This document shows positions 55,336 to 64,000 of a stretch of 64,000 nt of DNA, piece by piece (position 1 is the first letter of the stretch; each line of letters starts with the position of its first letter). This DNA comes from Minisyncoccota bacterium. GTDB taxonomy: Bacteria > Patescibacteriota > Minisyncoccia > Phycocordibacterales > UBA9973. The stretch spans positions 196,917 through 260,916 of the forward strand of contig JBAZVG010000001.1 of assembly GCA_041661005.1 (NCBI GenBank), given 5' to 3'. Below the pieces are notes generated by a model. It made no database searches, was not told where the DNA came from, and saw nothing but the letters and a program-made list of their open reading frames with translations. The position numbers and the translations under genes are program-made.

Positions 55336-57041
55336 AAGCTGAAACAAAAATCTGTCAAAACTGTAAAAAGGATTTCGTCATCGAATCGGATGATTTTGGA
55401 TTTTATAAAAAGATGGGTGTACCGGTGCCGACTTTTTGCCCTGACTGTAGGTTTCAAAGAAGACTTTTATTTAGAAATAATCGAGTGTTTTATAAACGCG
55501 AGTGTGCTTTTTGTAAGAAAGTAGTTCTAAGTTTATATAATAAGGATCGTCCTTTTATAGTTTATTGTCATGATTGCTGGTTTTCAGATAAATGGGATGT
55601 AATGAGTTATGGACGTGATTATGATTTTTCAATTCCATTTTTTAGACAATTTCAATTACTCCAAAAAGCAGTACCCAGAGCAAACTTATACCAAACAAAT
55701 TTCGTTTCAAGTGAATATTGTAATTACGGACTAGATTTTAAAGAATGTTATCTTTTATTTGGAGGTCATAATAACGAGCGAGTTTATTTTGGCAATCAGG
55801 TTTTTGATTCCCGTGATTCCTTTGATATTGCATTCTCAGCAACAAATGAACTTAGCTATGAAATTTTCGAGGGTAAAAGTTTAAACAAAGTTGTTTATAG
55901 TTCTTATTCAAAAGATTGTATAGACAGCCATTATCTAATTTTTTGCAAAAATTGCATTAATTGTTTTGGTTGTATCGGGCTGGTAAATAAGCAATATTAT
56001 ATTTGGAATATCCCACATTCGAAAGCAAGTTATGAAAAGTTCATTAAAGAAAATCAAGGAAGCTATACAAGGCACCTTGAAAATTTAAGAAAACTTCAGG
56101 AATTGAAATTAGAATTACCACACAGATATGCGAGAGTATACCAATCTGTAAATTCTGACGGTGATGATATTAGAAGATGTAGAAATACCCACATGGCTTT
56201 CACGTCCAGTGATGCGGAAAACTCCAAACATCTTTTTTTTTGCGTAAGAGGCGCAAACGAGTGCTATGATAATTCTTTTCAGGGTACAGGTAGTGAACTC
56301 TTATATGAAATAGCCCACGGTTTCGGTGGTTCCAGAAGTATTGTCGGTGTCGGAAATTTTAGTAATCAAGATTCACAATATAATGAGGAATGCCACGATT
56401 GTTTAAATATTTTTGGATGCGAAGGATTGCGAAAGAAACAATATTGTATTTTGAATAAACAATATAGTAAGGAAGAGTATGAAAAAATATTACCTAAAAT
56501 AATTGTGCATATGAAAAGCACGAGAGAATATGGTGAATTTTTCCCTAGTAATTTATCTCCGTTTTCATACAACGAAACTATTGCGCAAGAATATTTTCCT
56601 TTAAACAAAGAAGACGCCCTAAAACAAGGTTTTCTATGGCAGGACAGTGAAGCCAGGAATTATAAAATTGATATAGAAAATCAGGATATACCGGATAACA
56701 TCCAAGATGTTACGGAAAATATAGTGAGTAAAGTGATTGCTTGCGGACACGAAGGTAAATGCAAACATCAATGTACTGAGGCATTTAAAATTGTCTCTGA
56801 AGAATTTAAATTCTATAAAAAAATGAATTTGCCCTTGCCTAGACTATGTCCGAATTGTAGACATTATCAGCGTATCAATTTAAGAAATCCATTGAAACTT
56901 TGGGAGAGAGTTTGCATGTGCGAAAAAGAAAATCATTTTCACGGGCAAGAAAAATGTGTAGTAGAATTCAAAACGAGCTATGCATCAGACAGACCAGAAA
57001 TAGTGTATTGTGAAAAATGTTATCAACAAGAAATTTATTAA
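55332..57041 (+). CDS. Cys-rich CPR-type protein, paralogue of 6857-8581, between purL and purQ
   Basis: Same N- and C-terminal motifs (CQNC, PTFCPDCR, YCEKCYQQEIY). Confidence 0.85.
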   Translation: MKAETKICQNCKKDFVIESDDFGFYKKMGVPVPTFCPDCRFQRRLLFRNNRVFYKRECAFCKKVVLSLYNKDRPFIVYCHDCWFSDKWDVMSYGRDYDFSIPFFRQFQLLQKAVPRANLYQTNFVSSEYCNYGLDFKECYLLFGGHNNERVYFGNQVFDSRDSFDIAFSATNELSYEIFEGKSLNKVVYSSYSKDCIDSHYLIFCKNCINCFGCIGLVNKQYYIWNIPHSKASYEKFIKENQGSYTRHLENLRKLQELKLELPHRYARVYQSVNSDGDDIRRCRNTHMAFTSSDAENSKHLFFCVRGANECYDNSFQGTGSELLYEIAHGFGGSRSIVGVGNFSNQDSQYNEECHDCLNIFGCEGLRKKQYCILNKQYSKEEYEKILPKIIVHMKSTREYGEFFPSNLSPFSYNETIAQEYFPLNKEDALKQGFLWQDSEARNYKIDIENQDIPDNIQDVTENIVSKVIACGHEGKCKHQCTEAFKIVSEEFKFYKKMNLPLPRLCPNCRHYQRINLRNPLKLWERVCMCEKENHFHGQEKCVVEFKTSYASDRPEIVYCEKCYQQEIY

Positions 57042-57045
57042 AATA

Positions 57046-57900
57046 ATGAAAAATAAAAAACTACATTCGCATAGCTCAGTATTTTCGGCAAAAAAGCCTC
57101 GGATTATAATAATGTCCGGTTACGGACTTAATTGTGAAGAAGAAACAAAATTCGCTTTTGAGACGACAGGTGGAATTGCGAATATTGTGCATATCAATGA
57201 CCTTATCGCTAAACCGAAGATGCTTTCACAATATCAAATACTGGTTTTTCCGGGAGGGTTTTCTTATGGCGATGATACTGGTAGTGGAAAAGCTTATGCA
57301 AATAAATTTAAAAATCATCTAGAAAAAGAACTAGAGGAATTCTTATCTCGCGACACTCTCACTATAGGTATTTGTAACGGATTTCAAATCATAACTAATT
57401 TAGGAATTTTACCCGGTGCGTTAACGCATAATAAAAATGGTAAATATATCGACCGTTGGGTGGACCTGACCACCTCCACAGGAAGCTCCAGTGTGTCAAA
57501 GGAAGTTAGTCCATGGCTTAAAGATATTAAAAGTATATCGCTTCCGATAGCGCACGGCGAAGGGCATTATGTTGTTGACCCAAAGAAATACAAAGAATTA
57601 GAAAAAAATAACCAGATAGCTTTTAAATATACCAAAGGGGAAATTTGTAAATTTCAAAATCTCGAAAAAAATCCTAATGGCTCGGAACATGACATTGCGG
57701 GAGTTTTGGCATATAATGGTAGGGTATTGGGAATGATGCCCCATCCGGAAAGGGCCATGTTTTCACACCAGAGTCCGTTGTGGTCCCTCGACAAAACTCG
57801 GGATAAACAGAAAATAAAAAAGGAAGGAATAGGTTTACAAATTTTTAAAAACGCAGTTAATTATTTCAAGAATCATGAGAAAAATTTCTTAGGAAAATAA
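57046..57900 (+). CDS. purQ: FGAM synthetase glutaminase subunit
   Basis: G.NCE.E, PGGFSYGD, GICNGFQ, AHGEG, NPNGS, MMPHPER. Confidence 0.94.
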   Translation: MKNKKLHSHSSVFSAKKPRIIIMSGYGLNCEEETKFAFETTGGIANIVHINDLIAKPKMLSQYQILVFPGGFSYGDDTGSGKAYANKFKNHLEKELEEFLSRDTLTIGICNGFQIITNLGILPGALTHNKNGKYIDRWVDLTTSTGSSSVSKEVSPWLKDIKSISLPIAHGEGHYVVDPKKYKELEKNNQIAFKYTKGEICKFQNLEKNPNGSEHDIAGVLAYNGRVLGMMPHPERAMFSHQSPLWSLDKTRDKQKIKKEGIGLQIFKNAVNYFKNHEKNFLGK

Positions 57901-57931
57901 ACTTTTTCTAAGAAATTTTTAGAAAATTACT

Positions 57932-59365
57932 ATGAAAGATTTAAACGAAAAGTGCGCAGTATTTGGAATTTTTGGAGACAAAAATTCTTTAGAAAATAGA
58001 ATTGCAAGAGAGACATATTTCGGATTATTTTCTTTACAACATCGCGGACAGGAACATTCGGGGATTGCGACGACTGACGGTGAAAGACTTCACATGCACA
58101 AAAGCTCAGGCTTGGTAAGTCAAATTTATACTGAAGAAATTTTAAAAAAACTTCCCGGTTTTGCCGCCATTGGACACAATCGCTATTCTACATCCAATGG
58201 AAATCATGTCGAATACGCCCAGCCATTTCTTTACGATAATCTTTTTGCTTTTGGGCATAATGGCAATTTGCCGAGCACGGCAAAATTGGTTGAATTCTTA
58301 AAAAAAAATAATGAAATATCAAAAAATCTTTCTGATTCACAACTCATGACGCAAGCCATCGGTGTATATGTAAAAAAAGGAGAATCACTCGCTGACTCTA
58401 TTGAAAAAACTTACCCACTTTTTACTGGAGCGTTCTCTTGTGTAGTGCTGGGATTAAACGAACTGATAGCTTTTCGCGATTCGTGTGGTATTCGCCCGCT
58501 TATTTTAGGTAAAAGAGGGAACGAAACAATCATATGTTCTGAGACATGCGCGTTAAACACTCTCGGAGCAGAATTCATAAGGGAAATAGATCCCGGAGAA
58601 ATGGTTATTGTCACAAAAAATGGCATTAAAAGCAGAAAAATAGCCAAAGCCAAGCCAAAATTTGATATTTTTGAATTTGTTTATTTTGCTCGTTATGACA
58701 GCATGATGCTCGGCAAATCTGTTTACGAAGTTAGAAAAAACTTAGGACGCATGCTCGCGCGTCAAAACAAAACACAGAATAAAATTAACAGCGGAGTAAA
58801 CGATGTCGACATGATAATTCCCGTGCCGGAATCAGCCATATCGGCCTCGATCGGCTACGCAGAAGAATCAGGCATACCATTTGAAATGGCTATTTCTAAG
58901 AACCGTTATATTAATCGCACTTTTATCGAACCCACCCAAGAGATTCGAGCGGAAAAAGTGAAATTAAAACTCTCTCCACTCAAAAGCGTAATCTTTGGAA
59001 AAAAAATTGCGGTAATGGATGATTCGATAGTGCGAGGCACAACTAGCAAGCAAATTGTAAAAATGCTTTTTGAAGCAGGCGCAAAAGAAGTGCATTTCTT
59101 GGTGAGTTCTGCGCCGATACGTTTCCCTGATTTTTACGGTATTGATACCCCGAATCAAAAAGAACTTATTGCTTCAAAGAAGACAATAAAAGAAATCTGT
59201 AAATTCCTTGGAGCGACATCACTTTCATATTTATCAATTGACGGAATGGTGTCTGCAACGGGGTTACCCAAAGAATGTTTTTCGCTTGCTTCTTTTGATG
59301 GAGTTTATCCGGTTGATATTCATGAACGCGCCAAAGAGATAAATTACGATGTCCCAAAAGACTAA
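57932..59365 (+). CDS. purF: Amidophosphoribosyltransferase
   Basis: EKCAVFG, LQHRGQE, GHNRYST, DDSIVRGTT. Confidence 0.96.
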   Translation: MKDLNEKCAVFGIFGDKNSLENRIARETYFGLFSLQHRGQEHSGIATTDGERLHMHKSSGLVSQIYTEEILKKLPGFAAIGHNRYSTSNGNHVEYAQPFLYDNLFAFGHNGNLPSTAKLVEFLKKNNEISKNLSDSQLMTQAIGVYVKKGESLADSIEKTYPLFTGAFSCVVLGLNELIAFRDSCGIRPLILGKRGNETIICSETCALNTLGAEFIREIDPGEMVIVTKNGIKSRKIAKAKPKFDIFEFVYFARYDSMMLGKSVYEVRKNLGRMLARQNKTQNKINSGVNDVDMIIPVPESAISASIGYAEESGIPFEMAISKNRYINRTFIEPTQEIRAEKVKLKLSPLKSVIFGKKIAVMDDSIVRGTTSKQIVKMLFEAGAKEVHFLVSSAPIRFPDFYGIDTPNQKELIASKKTIKEICKFLGATSLSYLSIDGMVSATGLPKECFSLASFDGVYPVDIHERAKEINYDVPKD

Positions 59366-59957
59366 AATAAAATTGGCAATTCTTATTTCCGACGCTGGCA
59401 CTGGCACTAATCTCCAAGCTATAATTGACGGAATCGAGAATGGAAAAATTAATGCAGAAATATGCGCAGTGATTTCCGACAAAATTGAAACGCAGGGATT
59501 GGAACGCGCTAGAAAACACAATTTAAAAATTGAAATTTGCTCAAAAAAAGAAGCCCTACTTCCGCTCTTAAAAAAATTAAATCCAAATTATATTTGCCTT
59601 GCTGGTTGGAAGCAGATTATTTTAGATGAAGTAATCCTCGCATATCCGAATAAAATTTTAAATTTACACCCGGGGCTTATTCCGAACACTATTGGTGGAG
59701 ATGTGAAAAATCCCGATGGCACAGACGCGCTTTGGAACAAGGGAATGCTCACAACCAAAGCTATTCAAAATTTTTTAGATCAAAAGTCTACCTTTGCAGG
59801 ATCATCAATCCATTTTTTGACGTTAAATTTTGATTTTGGTCCGGTTCTGGATAGAACTTTTGAAAAAATTCAAGCTGGAGATACTGTGGAATCTTTGTAT
59901 AGAAGGCTAAAGAAAAAAGAAAATAACTTATACGTAGAAGTTTTATCCCGCTTATAG
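59349..59957 (+). CDS. purN: GAR transformylase
   Basis: LIS..GTGTNLQAI, LAGW, LNLHPG, G.SIH, D.GP. Confidence 0.88.
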   Translation: MSQKTKIKLAILISDAGTGTNLQAIIDGIENGKINAEICAVISDKIETQGLERARKHNLKIEICSKKEALLPLLKKLNPNYICLAGWKQIILDEVILAYPNKILNLHPGLIPNTIGGDVKNPDGTDALWNKGMLTTKAIQNFLDQKSTFAGSSIHFLTLNFDFGPVLDRTFEKIQAGDTVESLYRRLKKKENNLYVEVLSRL

Positions 59958-59993
59958 CGGGACCCCGCCAAGGCGGTGGGAAAAATTAACCAA

Positions 59994-61280
59994 ATGAAAC
60001 AAGATAAACGAAAAATTTTAATAATTGGCGGCGGAGGAAGAGAACATGCAATAGGATGGAAAATTACCCAGTCTGAAAGGTCAGTGGACCTGTATTTTGC
60101 TCCTGGAAACGCGGGAACAGCTCAAATTGGAACAAATTTGCTTATCATGGCAACGAATGTATCAGGGCTCTTAAATTTCGCAAAGGAAGAGAAAATAGAT
60201 CTAATATTGGCTTTGCCTGACGATCCTCTTGCTCTCGGTATAGTTGATGAATTTCAAAAAGCGGGTATGCGAATTTGGGGTCCAACAAAGAGAGCGAGTG
60301 AGCTTGAGTGGTCTAAAGCATATGCTAAAGATTTAATGAAAAGACATAAAATCCCAACTGCGAAACACGAAGTTTTTACTAACTTTGAAAAAGCAAAAAC
60401 ATATATTGAAAAAGGGTCATTACCTATTGTGATCAAAGCAAGTGGGCTGGCGCTCGGGAAAGGCGTGACAGTCGCGCAAACGAAAGAGGAAGCCGTCGAA
60501 GCGCTTCATAAAATATTGGTAGATAAAATTTTTGGAAATGCCGGTAATGAAGTTGTGATTGAAGAATATCTATCCGGTATTGAAATTTCAATTCACGCAA
60601 TTTCTGATGGAAAATCATGGAAAATTTTTCCATCATCGCAAGATCACAAACGCATATTTGACGGAAATGTGGGTCCGAACACTGGCGGAATGGGAGTTAT
60701 TGCGCCACTGCCTTTTGTAGATGATAAACTTATGTTGCAAATTGAAAAAGAAATAATTAAACCCACCATAGATGGAATGAGAGAAGAGGGAAGACCGTTT
60801 GTTGGCATTTTGTATCCAGGAATAATGCTTACCAACGAAGGTCCGAAGGTATTTGAATTTAACGCGCGTTTTGGCGATCCAGAAACACAAGTCTATATGC
60901 GATTGCTTGATACGGATATTCTCGATATTATTGACGCCAGTATTGATGGTAAAATTTCTAACTTAGACATCCAGTGGAAAAAAAATAAATATGCCTGCAA
61001 TATTGCGCTGGCTTCAGCCGGTTATCCGGGAAATTATGAGAAGGGGAACCCCATCCTCCTTGAGGAGGGGGGAGGGGGTGGTGACATCATAATCTTTCAC
61101 GCCGGTACAAAAATAGAAAACAATAAACTTGTCACCAACGGCGGGCGAGTTCTGGGAGTCAGTGCCGTAGGTGATACTTTAAAAGAAGCGCTTAAGAAAG
61201 CATATAAAGCAATAGATAAAATTTCTTTTGCGGGGATGCAATATAGAAAAGATATCGGCAAAATTGCTCTTAAATTGTAA
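59994..61280 (+). CDS. purD: Phosphoribosylamine-glycine ligase, palindromic insert at 61049-61082
   Basis: GGGGREHA, APGNAG, KASGLALGKGV, QDHKR, GPNTGGMG, EFNARFGDPE. Confidence 0.96.
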   Translation: MKQDKRKILIIGGGGREHAIGWKITQSERSVDLYFAPGNAGTAQIGTNLLIMATNVSGLLNFAKEEKIDLILALPDDPLALGIVDEFQKAGMRIWGPTKRASELEWSKAYAKDLMKRHKIPTAKHEVFTNFEKAKTYIEKGSLPIVIKASGLALGKGVTVAQTKEEAVEALHKILVDKIFGNAGNEVVIEEYLSGIEISIHAISDGKSWKIFPSSQDHKRIFDGNVGPNTGGMGVIAPLPFVDDKLMLQIEKEIIKPTIDGMREEGRPFVGILYPGIMLTNEGPKVFEFNARFGDPETQVYMRLLDTDILDIIDASIDGKISNLDIQWKKNKYACNIALASAGYPGNYEKGNPILLEEGGGGGDIIIFHAGTKIENNKLVTNGGRVLGVSAVGDTLKEALKKAYKAIDKISFAGMQYRKDIGKIALKL

Positions 61281-61316
61281 AAATAAAAAGAGCCGTCCCT
61301 CTGGGTGGGACGGCTC
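61279..61316 (-). terminator. Intrinsic terminator (minus strand)
   Basis: GAGCCGTCCC-7nt-GGGACGGCTC followed by U-rich tract on minus strand. Confidence 0.85.
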
Positions 61317-61530
61317 GGGTTGAAATTGATGTCTGTTTGTTGTGCTTGTACTGGAAGCACTGCCATTTTAGGCGGAGGTGGTACCCAGTCTTGTTCAAAA
61401 ACACCGTGATATTTTGAATTAAATTGGGAACCTCTTCCGTTTGTTTGGACCAATAAAACTTGAACAACAGTCGAAATTATGCGACAGAAAAGTCCGCATA
61501 CCGACTGGTAAAAGAAGAACAGCATACTTA
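61279..61530 (-). ncRNA. Candidate ~250-nt structured ncRNA
   Basis: Minus-strand TTGATT-18bp-TATAGT promoter, several hairpins, terminator, no long self-contained ORF. Confidence 0.4.
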
Positions 61531-61572
61531 GTGAGGACTATAACACAGAAAAGATAAATAAATCAAGTAAAT

Positions 61573-62937
61573 CTATCTATCCCAATTAAAAAAGTGCTCG
61601 CGGTCAGGACCGGTGCCGACGGAGATGATTTTCACATCGAGATCGGCTAGTTCAGCTTTTATATATTTTAAATACGAGGCTAATTCTTTTGAAACTTTCT
61701 TTTTGTCTCTTACCCCATAATTAGCTTTTCCCCAGCCGGGTATTTCTTCTGTCACTACGCTTTTTATTTCACTTAAGTAAAGCGGGAATTCCTTGAAATT
61801 TTTCCCAGCATTGTTTTTGTATCCAGTCACAACTTTCACTTTATCGCTCAGGCAGATATCGGCCTTATTTATAAAAATTTTATTGGCGCCCGATAAGGTA
61901 ATCGCATAACGAAGCGCAAACAGATCGAGCCAGCCACACATACGAGGTCTTCCAGTCGTAGCTCCGAATTCATGTCCAGCATTTTGAAAAAGTTTTTCTA
62001 GAGCTTCGTCTTTGATTCTAGAAGGAAAATTTCCACCACCCACTTTAGTAGTATAAGCTTTAATAACTCCATATATATTTCTGATTGCAGTATGAGGCAC
62101 ACCCAAACCGAGACACGCATTCGCCGGCAGGGTATTACTGCTTGTGACATTTGGATAATCTCCAAAATCAATATCAAGCATGACAGCTTGCGCTCCCTCG
62201 GCTAAAATATTTTTACCCTCGCGCAATCGTGTTTGAATCAAAAATGCTAAATCGCAAATTTGTAATTTTTTCATTTCTTTCACAGCTTTCAGCCATTTTT
62301 CTTTTGTTTCTTTTATTTTTTCTACAGGAATTTCAAAACCATACTTCTCTTTATACATATTCAAGATATTCATGTGGAATTCCGCAAGAGCTGTTTCTTT
62401 TTGTTCAAAATCAGAAAGAAGTATGTCGCCGATTAGAAGCCCTCTTCGAGCTCGCACATCGCTATAAGCAGGACCGATACCTCTTGAAGTCGTGCCTATT
62501 TTTGTTCCTAGTTTATTTCTGCGATATTCGTCAGCCTGATCTAAAAACGGATGTAAATATGAAACTAATTTTGCGCGATTAGAAATATAAAGACAAGAGG
62601 CAACATCAAACCCTAAACTTTTCAATTGGGACATTTCTGCCGTCAATGACACAGCATCGACTACGACACCATTGCCAATATATAATTCTATATTTTTTTG
62701 CAAACATCCAGAAGGCACGATATGTCCGATGAAAGTCACATCGCCCAATTTGAGAGTGTGTCCGGCATTTGCTCCGCCTTGGAAACGCGCTACCCCCGAA
62801 TAATCACCCCTCGATAGAAGCTCATCTATATTTTTTCCTTTTCCCTCGTCTCCCCATTGCAGGCCGACAACTACATCAACAAATCCATGTCGAGACGATG
62901 AGCGAGCTTTTTTATTTTTTACAATTTTACTTTTCAT
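61573..62937 (-). CDS. purA: Adenylosuccinate synthetase
   Basis: GLQWGDEGKGK, RFQGGANAGHT, IGTTSRGIGPAY, EFGATTGRPR.CGW. Confidence 0.96.
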   Translation of the reverse strand: MKSKIVKNKKARSSSRHGFVDVVVGLQWGDEGKGKNIDELLSRGDYSGVARFQGGANAGHTLKLGDVTFIGHIVPSGCLQKNIELYIGNGVVVDAVSLTAEMSQLKSLGFDVASCLYISNRAKLVSYLHPFLDQADEYRRNKLGTKIGTTSRGIGPAYSDVRARRGLLIGDILLSDFEQKETALAEFHMNILNMYKEKYGFEIPVEKIKETKEKWLKAVKEMKKLQICDLAFLIQTRLREGKNILAEGAQAVMLDIDFGDYPNVTSSNTLPANACLGLGVPHTAIRNIYGVIKAYTTKVGGGNFPSRIKDEALEKLFQNAGHEFGATTGRPRMCGWLDLFALRYAITLSGANKIFINKADICLSDKVKVVTGYKNNAGKNFKEFPLYLSEIKSVVTEEIPGWGKANYGVRDKKKVSKELASYLKYIKAELADLDVKIISVGTGPDREHFFNWDR

Positions 62938-62940
62938 AAT

Positions 62941-64000
62941 CTAGTTTCCAATACTATAATTAGGAGCTTCTTTTGTAATTATGACATCGTGCGGATGACT
63001 TTCTGTCATACCAGACTGCGTAATTCTAACAAATTTTGCTTTTTTCTGCAGAGCCTCAATATTTTTTGCTCCACAATACCCCATGCCAGCTCTAAGTCCT
63101 CCAACGAGCTGATAAACAACTTCGGAAAGACCGCCTTTGAAAGACACCCTACCCACAATGCCCTCAGGCACAAGTTTTTTAATATCATCTTCCGCGTCTT
63201 GGAAATATCTATCCTTTGAGCCTTGATGCATAGCTTCGATTGAACCCATACCACGGTATGTTTTATATTTTCTGGCTTCTAAGATTATTGTCTCACCCGG
63301 AGATTCTTCTACTCCGGCAAAAATAGAACCGGCCATAACCGAACTTGCCCCAGCGGCGATAGCTTTTGGAATGTCTCCAGTATGCCGTATTCCTCCGTCA
63401 GCGATAATCGGCACACCAGATCCTTTTATCGCTCTAGCAACTTCATACACAGCAGAAAATTGCGGAAAACCAACGCCAGCGATCACCCGAGTGGTGCAAA
63501 TTGACCCCGGACCGATGCCAACTTTTACCGCATCAGCTCCAGCCAGCACCAAGTCTTTTGCCGCATCTCCGGTAGCGATATTTCCGACTATAACTTCTAA
63601 TTTTGGAAATATTTTTTTTATTTTCTTTAACATCTCGATCACCCCCTTGGAATGACCATGAGCCGTATCTATAACTATCGCATCAACTCCATTTTGTTCG
63701 AGCTCTTTGACTCTCTCTAAAGTATCAGCTGTCACTCCGACTGCAGCGCCCACTCGCAGACGTCCGAGACTATCTCTGCAGGAATTCGGGCGGGATTTCA
63801 CTTTCATTATATCTTTATAAGTAATGAGACCGATAAGCTTGTTTTGTTTATCAACCAAAGGCAATTTTTCAACTTTATATTTTGTAAGTATTTTTTCTGC
63901 ATCGGCTAGATTTGTGCCTAGACTGCCGGTTATTAAATTTTTCTTGGTCATAATTTCTCCGACAGGAAGCTCTAAATTTTTCTGAAACCTCAAATCTCGA
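62941..64000 (-). CDS. guaB: IMP dehydrogenase (5' end beyond window)
   Basis: CBS domain, IDTAHGHS, KVGIGPGSICTTR, ADGGI, YRGMGS, ESHPHDV. Confidence 0.97.
   Translation of the reverse strand, partial: RDLRFQKNLELPVGEIMTKKNLITGSLGTNLADAEKILTKYKVEKLPLVDKQNKLIGLITYKDIMKVKSRPNSCRDSLGRLRVGAAVGVTADTLERVKELEQNGVDAIVIDTAHGHSKGVIEMLKKIKKIFPKLEVIVGNIATGDAAKDLVLAGADAVKVGIGPGSICTTRVIAGVGFPQFSAVYEVARAIKGSGVPIIADGGIRHTGDIPKAIAAGASSVMAGSIFAGVEESPGETIILEARKYKTYRGMGSIEAMHQGSKDRYFQDAEDDIKKLVPEGIVGRVSFKGGLSEVVYQLVGGLRAGMGYCGAKNIEALQKKAKFVRITQSGMTESHPHDVIITKEAPNYSIGN

Overview
Low-GC bacterial chromosome segment whose gene repertoire and style (compact core genes, HTH-MurA, paired Cys-rich ~570-aa paralogues, tRNA-adjacent LAGLIDADG ORF, tRNA-integrated large serine recombinase) point to Patescibacteria/CPR, probably Parcubacteria (inference). 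The backbone carries atpD/C, rsmI, mreB, frr, rseP, ddl, alr, rpmG, miaA, murA, parB, topA, dprA, serS, dus, dnaX and three tRNAs (Trp, Leu, Gln). It also has a biosynthetic block that is unusually rich for CPR: oxidative pentose-phosphate genes, yvcK/glmS, tdh/kbl, purL/Q/F/N/D, purA and guaB. An island at tRNA-Gln (~30.8-40.4 kb) holds a recombinase, a GC-rich mosaic of fused gene fragments and a type II R-M pair. The most notable unannotated signals are: (1) a fully canonical type III hammerhead ribozyme just 3' of a GC-rich orphan secreted-protein gene; (2) several families of small palindromic elements, many inserted in-frame into essential genes, and others inserted with short direct repeats exactly at start codons or a promoter; (3) a family of 100-160 nt long-stem structured elements at gene ends; (4) a promoter/terminator-bounded ~250-nt candidate ncRNA; (5) widespread apparently leaderless gene starts. 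All calls come from reading motifs by eye; no database searches were run.
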